A stretch of DNA of 64,000 nucleotides from an uncultured Verrucomicrobiae bacterium. GTDB lineage: Bacteria; Verrucomicrobiota; Verrucomicrobiia; Limisphaerales; UBA8199. The DNA is taken from positions 68,709 to 132,708 of the forward strand of contig CAWELO010000003.1 in the NCBI GenBank assembly GCA_963809845.1, written 5' to 3'. Within the stretch, counting starts at the first letter, position 1. Each line of letters starts with the position of its first letter. Below the pieces are notes generated by a model. That model was given only the letters and a program-made list of their open reading frames with translations, was not told the DNA's origin and did no database searches. Both the position numbers and the translations under genes were made by a program. Below, piece after piece: positions 36,787-45,412 of the stretch.

Positions 36787-37670
36787 GGATCGGGCGCGCC
36801 GCAGGGAGGCTTTTGGGCCAGAACGGCGAATTCGATTACGCGGAGTTCGTCACGAGGGCATTTTTTCGCCGCTGCTCGCAAACGTGGCCCCACCGAGCTG
36901 AGATACAGGTCATCAATCGTTCGCAGGGGCGCCGTCTTACGCAGCACGAACCCTGCCTCGGAAATCGCCTCCTGGTGCTCACCCAGGAACCGCCGTGTTG
37001 CTCGATGGTATGGAGGATACATCCAATTAAAAATCCAGTCGGGGTAGGTCTGAAAATCTAAAGGTGGAAGCGGGTCTTCGAACTCCCCGTGCCCACCCAG
37101 GTCAACAATGTGGAGCATCCACCCACCATCTGCCAGAGCGTTCCAGCAGGCTCGGTAAAAGCCTCGGAGATCCTCCACATGCTCAACCACCGAGTGGGAA
37201 AAAATAACGGCAAACCGCACGGGCGCGACGAACTGCTCCATGTAGGTAGGATGGTAGGTGATGCGCTTAGTGTCCAGGCGGAGGGTATGGCCCAACTCAA
37301 TGACCGACATGTCAATGGGCAGCCCCTGGCCCTTCAAAGATCTCAACACCTCGACTTGCTTCTCGTTCACGACTGGGTCGGCCTTTTCCACCATATCTGC
37401 CCGGGTCGCGCCCATTCCCAGAGCCAGGGCAGCCAGTGCCAGGCAGTCCCCCGGTCCGACTTCGCAAAAATTTTGCCCTCGTAGATTAACCTCCGGTGGC
37501 AGGTTTTCCAGAAGGAGCCTTGCGATTGCGCCATGGCGCTCAATGACTTTCTCGATCGGTTGTCCCAAAACCGGGGGTGGCCTAACTCGTGGTTTGAGTC
37601 TCAAAAGCTCCCGAACTCTGCGGCGAGCACTGTAATATGAGGCTAAAAAAACTCTTTTCTTATGCAACAT
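36783..37670 (-). CDS. class I SAM-dependent methyltransferase
   Basis: 295 aa with FCEVGPGDCLALAALALG (motif I) and FAVIFSHSVVEHVEDL. An ATGA stop/start overlap links it to the downstream GT gene. Confidence 0.75.
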   Translation of the reverse strand: MLHKKRVFLASYYSARRRVRELLRLKPRVRPPPVLGQPIEKVIERHGAIARLLLENLPPEVNLRGQNFCEVGPGDCLALAALALGMGATRADMVEKADPVVNEKQVEVLRSLKGQGLPIDMSVIELGHTLRLDTKRITYHPTYMEQFVAPVRFAVIFSHSVVEHVEDLRGFYRACWNALADGGWMLHIVDLGGHGEFEDPLPPLDFQTYPDWIFNWMYPPYHRATRRFLGEHQEAISEAGFVLRKTAPLRTIDDLYLSSVGPRLRAAAKKCPRDELRVIEFAVLAQKPPCGAPDP

Positions 37671-38145
37671 GGCGGGGGCAACTCTACCTGCTTCCCATGG
37701 GCGTCCGAACGGAGCGGCCCTCCAGCTCTGCCAGGGCGAAATGGTTCTGTTGCTTCACTGAGGAGCGCTACATTAGCACCTAGCAGCATTTGGTCAAGCA
37801 CTCGCTTTTGGCCGTTTCGAAGCCGAGGAAGAACGCGCCAACCGACCTTCTTCAGAGCCCCCAGGATCCTGGCCTGCTGGCCCTGATGCGTCCCGGGGCG
37901 AATGGGTTGTCGCCGTGGAGCGGCGGTTTGTTCGGAATTCGAGTTGCAAATCGCTCCTGTCCTTGTTCTAATCTGTAGCAAAATGGAAACATCATCTGGA
38001 AAGCCGCATGTCCGATGCGCCAGCGCCCCCCCGGCGGAGGCTCAAATGTCCCCTCGGGGCGGCGGATTAGGAGGGGCTGCCGTTGATCGTTGGGATCGGT
38101 TGTACCTACTGAAGGCCCTTTGTTTCCTCCACAATCCTGACTTGA

Positions 38146-39696
38146 ATGATCTCCGCCGCTTCTTCCGCACGAGCGCTTTTGGTCTATGCGCTGATCTTGC
38201 CCATGGCGCTCATCATGGGGTATCTGCTGGCCTCGCCGTCCGACCTGGGCACTTGGGCCATGGTCGGGGTAATTTTGCTGGTCATTTCCGCACCACTTGT
38301 TTTAGCCAAGCACCATGCGGTATTGTTCTTGAGCTGGAACGCCACGGCAGTCGCATTTTTTCTGCCCGGCCGACCCCCATTTTGGCTGGTAATGGCAGGG
38401 GTCAGCCTTTCCCTTTCACTTTTCGAGCGGGCTTTGTCGAAGGAGCGCCGTTTCATCAGCGCGCCATCTATCATAATGCCCCTCATTTTTCTGGGCGCGG
38501 TTGTCTTTATCACAGCCAATCTTACGGGTGGGTTCGGCCTTCAAATACTGGGGAGCGAAAACGTTGGTGGAAAGAGGTACGTGTTGATATTCGCAGGGAT
38601 AGCCGGCTTTCTAGCAATGATAGCCCAGCCCATTCCGAAAGAGAAGGCTACGAGGTACCTAGGCCTCTTTCTATTGGGAGCGGCTTTCGATGCCATAAGC
38701 ACCCTGGCGCCATTTCTGGGACCTCAGTTCTATTTTTTGTTCCTCTTCTTCCCCCCAGAGAGTGTTGGGATACGTGACATTGGATTCAATGCGGATATTA
38801 TACGCCTTTGGGGAACCAGCGTGGCGGGCACGGGCGGATTCTGTTTTTTGCTGGCTCGGTACGGAATTCGCAACGTTGTGTCGTCCAAACACCCCTTCCG
38901 GCTGCTCCTCCTCGTAATCCTGTTTGTCATCGGCAGTGCCGGAGGCTTTCGGTCGTTTCTGATTCTCATGGGCCTGACTTTCACCTTTCTGTTTTTGTTT
39001 GAGGGCCTTCTTCGCTCCAAATACGCTATGGCTTTCGGAGCCGGGGTTGTGCTATGTGGGGCGCTGGTCGTGCCGTTCGCTCATGATCTTCCTCTTCCGA
39101 TTCAACGGACACTCAGTTTCCTCCCTTTGGACGTCAGCCCGATCGCGCGCTATGACGCAGAAGGCTCCAGCGAGTGGCGCTTGGGAATGTGGCGCGTGCT
39201 GGTGCCCGAGGTCCCAAGGTACTTGTGGCTGGGCAAAGGACTGGGGATCTCCTCGACCGATCTGGAGCTGGCGTCCGAGATGGTACGGCGTGGAAGAACG
39301 ACCTCCCAGGAGGTGGCAATGCTCGCAGGCGATTACCATAACGGTCCCCTGTCGGTCCTAATTCCTTTCGGGGTCTGGGGAGCTCTTGCTTTCGTGTGGT
39401 TCCTCGTGGCTTCTTTTCGAGCACTTTATTTGAATTACCATCATGGGGATCCAGACCTAAAGATCATCAATACCTTTTTGATTGCATACTTTGCTGCTCG
39501 GCTGGTCTTCTTTACAGCGGTTTTCGGAGGCTTTTACGGAGATCTAGCCGTGTTCTCTGGTATCGTGGGTTTGAGCATCGCCTTAAACCATGGCATTCGC
39601 AAGCCAGTCACCGTCCCGGCGATAGCCAAGGCAGTCGAGCAGGCTGAACCCGAACCCGCCTTACCCCCCGCTCCGGCGTTTGGCCGACTCGCCTGA
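38146..39696 (+). CDS. O-antigen ligase / Wzy-like polymerase family membrane protein
   Basis: 516 aa and polytopic. SSEWRLGMWRVLVPEVPRYLWLGKGLG and AGDYHNGPLSVLIPFGVWG resemble the Wzy_C / O-antigen ligase loop motifs. Confidence 0.7.
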   Translation: MISAASSARALLVYALILPMALIMGYLLASPSDLGTWAMVGVILLVISAPLVLAKHHAVLFLSWNATAVAFFLPGRPPFWLVMAGVSLSLSLFERALSKERRFISAPSIIMPLIFLGAVVFITANLTGGFGLQILGSENVGGKRYVLIFAGIAGFLAMIAQPIPKEKATRYLGLFLLGAAFDAISTLAPFLGPQFYFLFLFFPPESVGIRDIGFNADIIRLWGTSVAGTGGFCFLLARYGIRNVVSSKHPFRLLLLVILFVIGSAGGFRSFLILMGLTFTFLFLFEGLLRSKYAMAFGAGVVLCGALVVPFAHDLPLPIQRTLSFLPLDVSPIARYDAEGSSEWRLGMWRVLVPEVPRYLWLGKGLGISSTDLELASEMVRRGRTTSQEVAMLAGDYHNGPLSVLIPFGVWGALAFVWFLVASFRALYLNYHHGDPDLKIINTFLIAYFAARLVFFTAVFGGFYGDLAVFSGIVGLSIALNHGIRKPVTVPAIAKAVEQAEPEPALPPAPAFGRLA

Positions 39697-39978
39697 ACTT
39701 CCTTTCACAGTATTCATGAACGCTGTGGGCCGCGGGTTGTTATTGCCCCAAAAGAGCCTCGGCGCGCAGGTTGAAGATACGGACGTGGGGCTCATTTTAC
39801 CTGTCTACAGAAGCTGTCACGGCATGTATTTGGGCTCGAACTCGCCAAGGACGCACGGGGAGCCGATATGCCACTTTACACCTATTCGACACCGTGGCTA
39901 CCTTGTTGAAATGAAATATGCAGTTCTGGTTACGAACGTCCCCGCCACCATCGCGCTCGGTTGGGAAACCGGCAAGTC

Positions 39979-40671
39979 ATGAATTGGCGGCACTTGAGGG
40001 CGTTCCCCTGGCTTGACACCCGCGCCCGGTTTGTGGCCACAGTGCCACGAGGAGGGGCGCTTTTGGATCTTGGTTCATCAGACGGCGAAACCCTGCGCCA
40101 CATTCTCAGAGTTGCGGCCCGATTTGCGGTTCTTCTCGGTGGACCTGGAAGGCTGCCCGGAAATTACCCACCGGGTTGCGAGTTCCAGCGAGCGAACCTG
40201 GAATCGGATAGCCTTCGCTGGGCGGACGGCTCGATCGACGCCATCACCTGCATGCACTTGATCGAGCACCTGGGCGATTTGAAACATCTGCTGCAAGAAA
40301 CCGCCCGCCTGCTCAAACCGGGAGGCCGAGTCTATTTCGAGACGCCCCACCCAAAATCATTAACGCTCTCCAGTCCGCCGGGAACCGCCGCCGGAACCTT
40401 CACGCTCAACTTTTTTGACGATCGCACACACGTGCGGCCCGTCGTGATGGGAGCGCTGGCCCAGGACCTCCGAGACCGCGGGCTGGAAGTCTTGGCGAGC
40501 GGAATTTCTCGAAATTGGGTGTTCGCGGCTTCCCGTCTGATCTTCATGTTCTTTCCCGCGAGCCGAAAGAAATTCACCGCTCAGATTCATTGGGTGGGGT
40601 GGTCGGCTTACCTGATAGCCCGCCGACCAGCCAGAAAGCAATCCCTGCAATTTGCAAAGTGCTTGTTCTAA
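39979..40671 (+). CDS. class I SAM-dependent methyltransferase (with a probable compensated double frameshift at about 40100-40166)
   Basis: The ATG at 39979 gives MNWRHLRAF...GGALLDLGSSDG (motif I) ... IDAITCMHLIEHLGDLKHLLQETARLLKPGGRVYFETP. Confidence 0.75.
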   Translation: MNWRHLRAFPWLDTRARFVATVPRGGALLDLGSSDGETLRHILRVAARFAVLLGGPGRLPGNYPPGCEFQRANLESDSLRWADGSIDAITCMHLIEHLGDLKHLLQETARLLKPGGRVYFETPHPKSLTLSSPPGTAAGTFTLNFFDDRTHVRPVVMGALAQDLRDRGLEVLASGISRNWVFAASRLIFMFFPASRKKFTAQIHWVGWSAYLIARRPARKQSLQFAKCLF

Positions 40672-40722
40672 CTCAAATAGACATGCCAGCCCTGTGAGGA
40701 CATGCTCTGAATTGACGCATTG

Positions 40723-42840
40723 ATGCAGACTCCTGGTTTAAGACCCGCCCTTATTGCCCTACTCTTGCTCAGTTTGATGGGAGGGAAGCTGCTGGGGGCT
40801 CCGGTAGCGGGCGCGATGCATGCTTTCTTCATCGTGGCGACGAATGGGAACGATTCCTGGTCGGGTAACCGCTCAGTGGCGAACACCGCCAGGACTGATG
40901 GGCCTCTCGCCACTTTGTCGCACGCGCTGGCAGCCGCTCGCGCCTGGAAGCAAAGCCCGGGAACTCCCTCCAACGCGGTTGCAGCTATTTTCGCCCGCAG
41001 CGGGACTTATTTCTTGATCGAACCCTTGGTGCTCAAGCCGGAGGACTCAGGCTTCGTCCTTTCGTCCTACGGAACAGAGAAACCCGTGCTCAGCGGAGGA
41101 CGGCGCATCACCGGGTGGCGGGCCGCCGAAGTCAATGGCAAGACCGCCTGGATGGCTGAAGTCCCCGAGGCGCGAGGTGGCAAGTGGCGGTTTCAGGAGC
41201 TTTGGGTGAACGGGCGCCGAGCGACACGGGCGCGGTATCCGGCCCACGGTTATTTGAACATTGCCGAAGTGCCGGACCAAGCTCCCAAGGCAAATAGCGT
41301 CACGTGGAAATTTCGGTTTCGACCGGATGAACTGAAGCCGTGGCCAACCGCCACCAACGCGGAAGCGGTGGTGATGAACGTGTGGATCGATTCCCATCTT
41401 CCGGTGGCGAGTGTGGACCCCGCCGTCCGGTCCATCCAGTTTAGGAAACATTCGCGGTTTCAACTCCACCCGGGAGACCTATACTACCTCGAAGGCGCTT
41501 TGGAGTTTCTCGACGAGCCTGGGGAGTGGTGCCTGGATTCCTCCCGCGGAGTGCTCTATTATCTGCCGCGTCCGGGAGAGACCTTGCAGACGGTGGAGGC
41601 CGTTGCACCGGCGCTGACCCAGGTTCTCCGCCTCGAGGGCCATCCGGAGAACGGACGGATGGTGGATCACGTTCGCGTCAAGGGGCTGACCTTTTCGCAC
41701 ACGGAATGGCATTATCCCGGTAGCAAGGATAAACTGGTCAACCAGACGTTAGACCCCAAGCTCGATTCGGAGCAGGGCGGAGTTGGCCAATCCTCGGTGG
41801 TGGTGCCCGGAGCGGTCTGGGGCGAAGGCGCCCGAGGTTGCTCGTGGAAGAAGTGCTCGTTCGTTCATTTGGGCACCTATGGGCTGGAACTGGCGCGCGG
41901 ATGTAGTTCGAACCTCATTTCTCATTGCGAGTTCTCGGACCTGGGCGCCGGCGGGGTCAAGCTGGGGGAAGGAGTGATTCGCAATTCGACCGCCGAACAG
42001 ACCGGGGACAACGAGCTCAGTGATTGCCACATTTACGACGGCGGCAAACGATTCCACAGCGCAGTGGGAGTTTGGCTGGGGCAGACGCCAAACAACCGCG
42101 TCGTCCACAACCTGATCCACGACTTTTATTCCACAGGCGCTTCGTTGGGTTGGACGTGGGGCTACGGGGCCTCGTTGTGCACGAACAATCTTTTTGCGTT
42201 CAATCACATTCACCATATCGGCGCGCGATCTGACGGAGATGGCCCCATTCTGAGCGACATGGGCGGCATCTACACACTGGGCAAGCAACCCGGCACAAAG
42301 ATCCTGAATAACCTGGTGCACGATGTGGCCGCGTTGCGATATGGAGGCTGGGGAATCTACCTGGATGAGGGCAGCAGCGGCATCCTCATCGAAAGCAATA
42401 TCGTGTATCGCACGACCCACGGCGGTTTCGAGTTCCACTATGGCGCCACCAACGGCGTGCTGAACAATATCTTCGCCTTCGGCCGCAATATCCAACTGAA
42501 TCGGACCACCCCGGAGCAACATCTCAGTTTCCTGTTCATGCGCAACCTGGTCTATTTCGACTCCGGCGTGCTACTGGGCGAGGACTGGACACCCCACCAG
42601 TATCGCATGGACATGAATCTGTACCTTGATACTCGGCTTCGCGCGGACCCCACCCGGTTTCGCTTCGGGAACGCCACGCTCAAGGAATGGCAAGCGATGG
42701 GGAACGATCGCGGCTCGATCATCGGGGACCCGCTCTTCCGGGCGCCGCTTGAGGGCGATTTTCAATTAGCGTCGAATTCACCCGCCTTTCGCCTTTACTT
42801 CCAACCGATCGACATCAGCCAAGTGGGCGTGCGCAAGTGA
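40723..42840 (+). CDS. secreted right-handed parallel beta-helix repeat protein (polysaccharide lyase/hydrolase/epimerase-like)
   Basis: The signal peptide is MQTPGLRPALIALLLLSLMGGKLLG. FIVATNGNDSWSG...GPLATLSHAL is the typical beta-helix N-cap. Repeated G-x-x-I/L-x-N coils follow. Confidence 0.7.
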   Translation: MQTPGLRPALIALLLLSLMGGKLLGAPVAGAMHAFFIVATNGNDSWSGNRSVANTARTDGPLATLSHALAAARAWKQSPGTPSNAVAAIFARSGTYFLIEPLVLKPEDSGFVLSSYGTEKPVLSGGRRITGWRAAEVNGKTAWMAEVPEARGGKWRFQELWVNGRRATRARYPAHGYLNIAEVPDQAPKANSVTWKFRFRPDELKPWPTATNAEAVVMNVWIDSHLPVASVDPAVRSIQFRKHSRFQLHPGDLYYLEGALEFLDEPGEWCLDSSRGVLYYLPRPGETLQTVEAVAPALTQVLRLEGHPENGRMVDHVRVKGLTFSHTEWHYPGSKDKLVNQTLDPKLDSEQGGVGQSSVVVPGAVWGEGARGCSWKKCSFVHLGTYGLELARGCSSNLISHCEFSDLGAGGVKLGEGVIRNSTAEQTGDNELSDCHIYDGGKRFHSAVGVWLGQTPNNRVVHNLIHDFYSTGASLGWTWGYGASLCTNNLFAFNHIHHIGARSDGDGPILSDMGGIYTLGKQPGTKILNNLVHDVAALRYGGWGIYLDEGSSGILIESNIVYRTTHGGFEFHYGATNGVLNNIFAFGRNIQLNRTTPEQHLSFLFMRNLVYFDSGVLLGEDWTPHQYRMDMNLYLDTRLRADPTRFRFGNATLKEWQAMGNDRGSIIGDPLFRAPLEGDFQLASNSPAFRLYFQPIDISQVGVRK

Positions 42841-42877
42841 TCCTCTCCTGAAGGCGCAGGCGGTCCGGGAAGACGCC

Positions 42878-43657
42878 TCAAGCCCTGACGGCGACAAAGC
42901 TCTTCGTCAAACCGAACCACTTTTCGCGGATAATCTCGCAGTCGGGAAAGAGCTCCTTCACCTCGCGGAAAGTCAACAGCCGCAGTTCATCCGCCAGTTG
43001 CTTAAGATCCACATTGTCTCCTTTGCGAAACCAGGCTCGGAAAGAAAAGATTCGGAGGAGGCGCTTGGCCAAAGGCCAGGGCAGGAAATGAACAAAGGCC
43101 ACTCCAAAGTGAGGCTCGACAAAGAACCAGCGGTTGGGGGTCTGGATAAAGACCTTCTTCCCGACGCGCCGAACTTCGGCGGCAAAACGCTTTTGGTTCT
43201 CATAGCTGCCCACGTGCTCGATGACACTGTTCGAGAATAGGATATCGAAGGCCTTATCTGAAAACTCCATACGGCAGCCATCCCCCGTCAGGCACTGAAA
43301 ACGCTCAGGAAACGTCTGCATCGGCGGATAGGCAACGTTCAAGCAGGTAATCGGTGACTTAATCGGGACGATGCCCTCCCAGTCGAATGGGTAGCCACCG
43401 ACATCAAGGATCCGCGTCGTGGAACTGGGTTGCAGACGCTCCAAGAAGAGGCGGATGCGCCGGCCTCGGAATCCGGGTTGGATTATCCGGTAAAGATTGT
43501 AAATGTTGAAAGCCATTACTTGTTCGTTGATACGTGCTATCCGAATTCTGCCAGTGAAAACCTCTGTTAGCAACCCACGAGTCATCCGGCCAAGCAGGAA
43601 AGTAAGCGCACGGAGCCCAAACCGGTCCACGGGCAAAAGAAGTTCGAAAGGGAGCAT
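42878..43657 (-). CDS. class I SAM-dependent methyltransferase (start uncertain: 43657 or 43516)
   Basis: TRILDVGGYPFDW (motif I) and FDILFSNSVIEHVGSYENQKRFAAEVRRVGKKVFIQTPN. Confidence 0.75.
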   Translation of the reverse strand: MLPFELLLPVDRFGLRALTFLLGRMTRGLLTEVFTGRIRIARINEQVMAFNIYNLYRIIQPGFRGRRIRLFLERLQPSSTTRILDVGGYPFDWEGIVPIKSPITCLNVAYPPMQTFPERFQCLTGDGCRMEFSDKAFDILFSNSVIEHVGSYENQKRFAAEVRRVGKKVFIQTPNRWFFVEPHFGVAFVHFLPWPLAKRLLRIFSFRAWFRKGDNVDLKQLADELRLLTFREVKELFPDCEIIREKWFGLTKSFVAVRA

Positions 43658-43880
43658 TCCGAGGTCCTCCCGAGGCCGCTTAGTCGCGGAGGGAGCCGTG
43701 GCTTTTCTCTTGTTCCCAGCCGAGTGTATCGCTAGCTTGCTGCAACTTGCAATTGGTACGCTTGCAAATCCTGTTGGCAACACCCGGCGGCATCCTCGAA
43801 CCCGGCAAGCGGGTGCAACCCGCCTTTTATGTCAAGCGTTGTGTCCGGCCGGCGGCTGGCAGAACTCCTGAGTTGACCCG

Positions 43881-44624
43881 ATGAACAGCAACCCGTCCTT
43901 TGTCGAGCCACGGTCCAATGCCGAAGTTGATCCCTGCTTGTCGGTGGTCATGCCCGTCTATAACGAGGCGGGCAGCGTTGCCCAGGTGGCGCGACTGGTC
44001 CTCGAACAGCGTCCGGTCCAGGAACTGATCATCGTGGACGATTGCTCCAACGATGGCACCTGGGAGGAGTTGCGGAAGCTGGAACCGCTGCAACCCAAGC
44101 TCAAACTGGTTCGCCACGAACGGAACCAGGGCAAGGGAGCGGCGTTGCGGACCGGTTTCGGTCGCGCCTCGGCGCCGATCGTCATTGTCCAGGATGCCGA
44201 TTTCGAATACAGCCCGGCCGAGTATTACCTGGTCCTCACACCGATTCTCAGCGGCAAGGCCGACGTCGTTTTCGGGTCGCGGTTCATCGGCTCGGGCGCC
44301 CACCGGGTGCTCTATTATTGGCATTCGGTCGGGAACCGGCTGTTGACCACGCTCTCCAACATGGCCACAAACCTGAACCTGACGGACATGGAGACCTGCT
44401 ATAAAACCTTCCGCCGCGAAGTGCTGTCGCGCATTACAATCGAAGAAAACCGGTTTGGGTTTGAACCAGAAGTGACGGCAAAGGTCAGCAAGCTGAAAGT
44501 GCGGGTCTATGAAGTGGCCATCTCGTATTACGGCCGCACGTACGAGGAAGGCAAGAAGATCAACTGGCGGGATGGGTTTAGCGCCTTGCGTTGCATCCTG
44601 AAATATAATTTCCTGAGAGGATGA
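43881..44624 (+). CDS. glycosyltransferase family 2 (polyprenyl-phosphate sugar synthase-like: DPM1/ArnC type)
   Basis: LSVVMPVYNEAGSV...IIVDDCSNDGT...VIVQDADFEYSP (the DxD region). At 247 aa it is soluble-sized. Confidence 0.8.
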   Translation: MNSNPSFVEPRSNAEVDPCLSVVMPVYNEAGSVAQVARLVLEQRPVQELIIVDDCSNDGTWEELRKLEPLQPKLKLVRHERNQGKGAALRTGFGRASAPIVIVQDADFEYSPAEYYLVLTPILSGKADVVFGSRFIGSGAHRVLYYWHSVGNRLLTTLSNMATNLNLTDMETCYKTFRREVLSRITIEENRFGFEPEVTAKVSKLKVRVYEVAISYYGRTYEEGKKINWRDGFSALRCILKYNFLRG

Positions 44625-45334
44625 GCGACCAACCCAATGTGCTGGCCAGCACCGAGGATTTCGAGTTCGCCGCTTTGGCGGAAGCGCGAAACTACCGGGA
44701 GGCGCTCTTCGCCGAGTTTCGCGACTTTCTGCGCGGGGAGGTCATCGAAGTCGGGGCGGGCGTGGGGCAGATGACGGATCACCTGGTGCGTCTGCCTGGA
44801 GTCACGCGAGCACTGGCCGTCGAGCCCGATTCCAGCTTCTGCGCGCAGCACCGCGTGCGATTTCCAAATCATGAGATCCTGGAAGGAACGGCTGCCGACC
44901 TCCCGCCCTCTACCGCCTGTGACGCGATCCTGAGCATCAACGTACTCGAGCACATCGGCGAAGATGAGGGCGAACTGCGCCGTTACAGCGAGTTGCTGCG
45001 ATCACGGCATGGGGCGTTATGCCTGTTTGTTCCGGCCCGCCCGGAGATTTACGCGCCCATCGACAAAGACTTCGGCCATTTCCGCCGGTACACCCGGCGT
45101 GAACTCAAGGAGAAGTTGTCGCGGGGTGGGTTCCAGATCGAGCGGCTGTGCTATTTCAACTGCGTGGGTTATTTTGCCTGGTGGCTCAACTTTTGTTTTT
45201 TGAAGAAGCGTATCTTTGAACGCGCCAAGGTCCGATTGTTTGATCGAGTCATCTTTCCCGTGGTCCACGGGCTGGAATCCAGGGTGTTACGCCCGCCCTT
45301 CGGCCAGAGCCTGCTGGCAGTGGGCCGTGCCTGA
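44621..45334 (+). CDS. class I SAM-dependent methyltransferase
   Basis: An ATGA overlap links it to the GT2 stop. EVIEVGAGVGQMTDHL (motif I) and DAILSINVLEHIGEDEGEL. Confidence 0.8.
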   Translation: MSDQPNVLASTEDFEFAALAEARNYREALFAEFRDFLRGEVIEVGAGVGQMTDHLVRLPGVTRALAVEPDSSFCAQHRVRFPNHEILEGTAADLPPSTACDAILSINVLEHIGEDEGELRRYSELLRSRHGALCLFVPARPEIYAPIDKDFGHFRRYTRRELKEKLSRGGFQIERLCYFNCVGYFAWWLNFCFLKKRIFERAKVRLFDRVIFPVVHGLESRVLRPPFGQSLLAVGRA

Positions 45335-45412
45335 GACGATGCTCGGCCCCACTCCGGTCAAGGCCTGCTTCAAGCCAAGGGTTCAGCACCGAGCTGCCTG
45401 CACCCTCAGAGT

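Noticed and set aside
37643-38145. Small ORFs between the divergent methyltransferase and Wzy-like genes (for example 37643..37981 minus, 37902..38777 plus)
   Set aside because: They have no recognisable motifs, and the plus ORF overlaps the Wzy-like gene out of frame. A longer Wzy N-terminus via another frameshift is conceivable, but I cannot support it.
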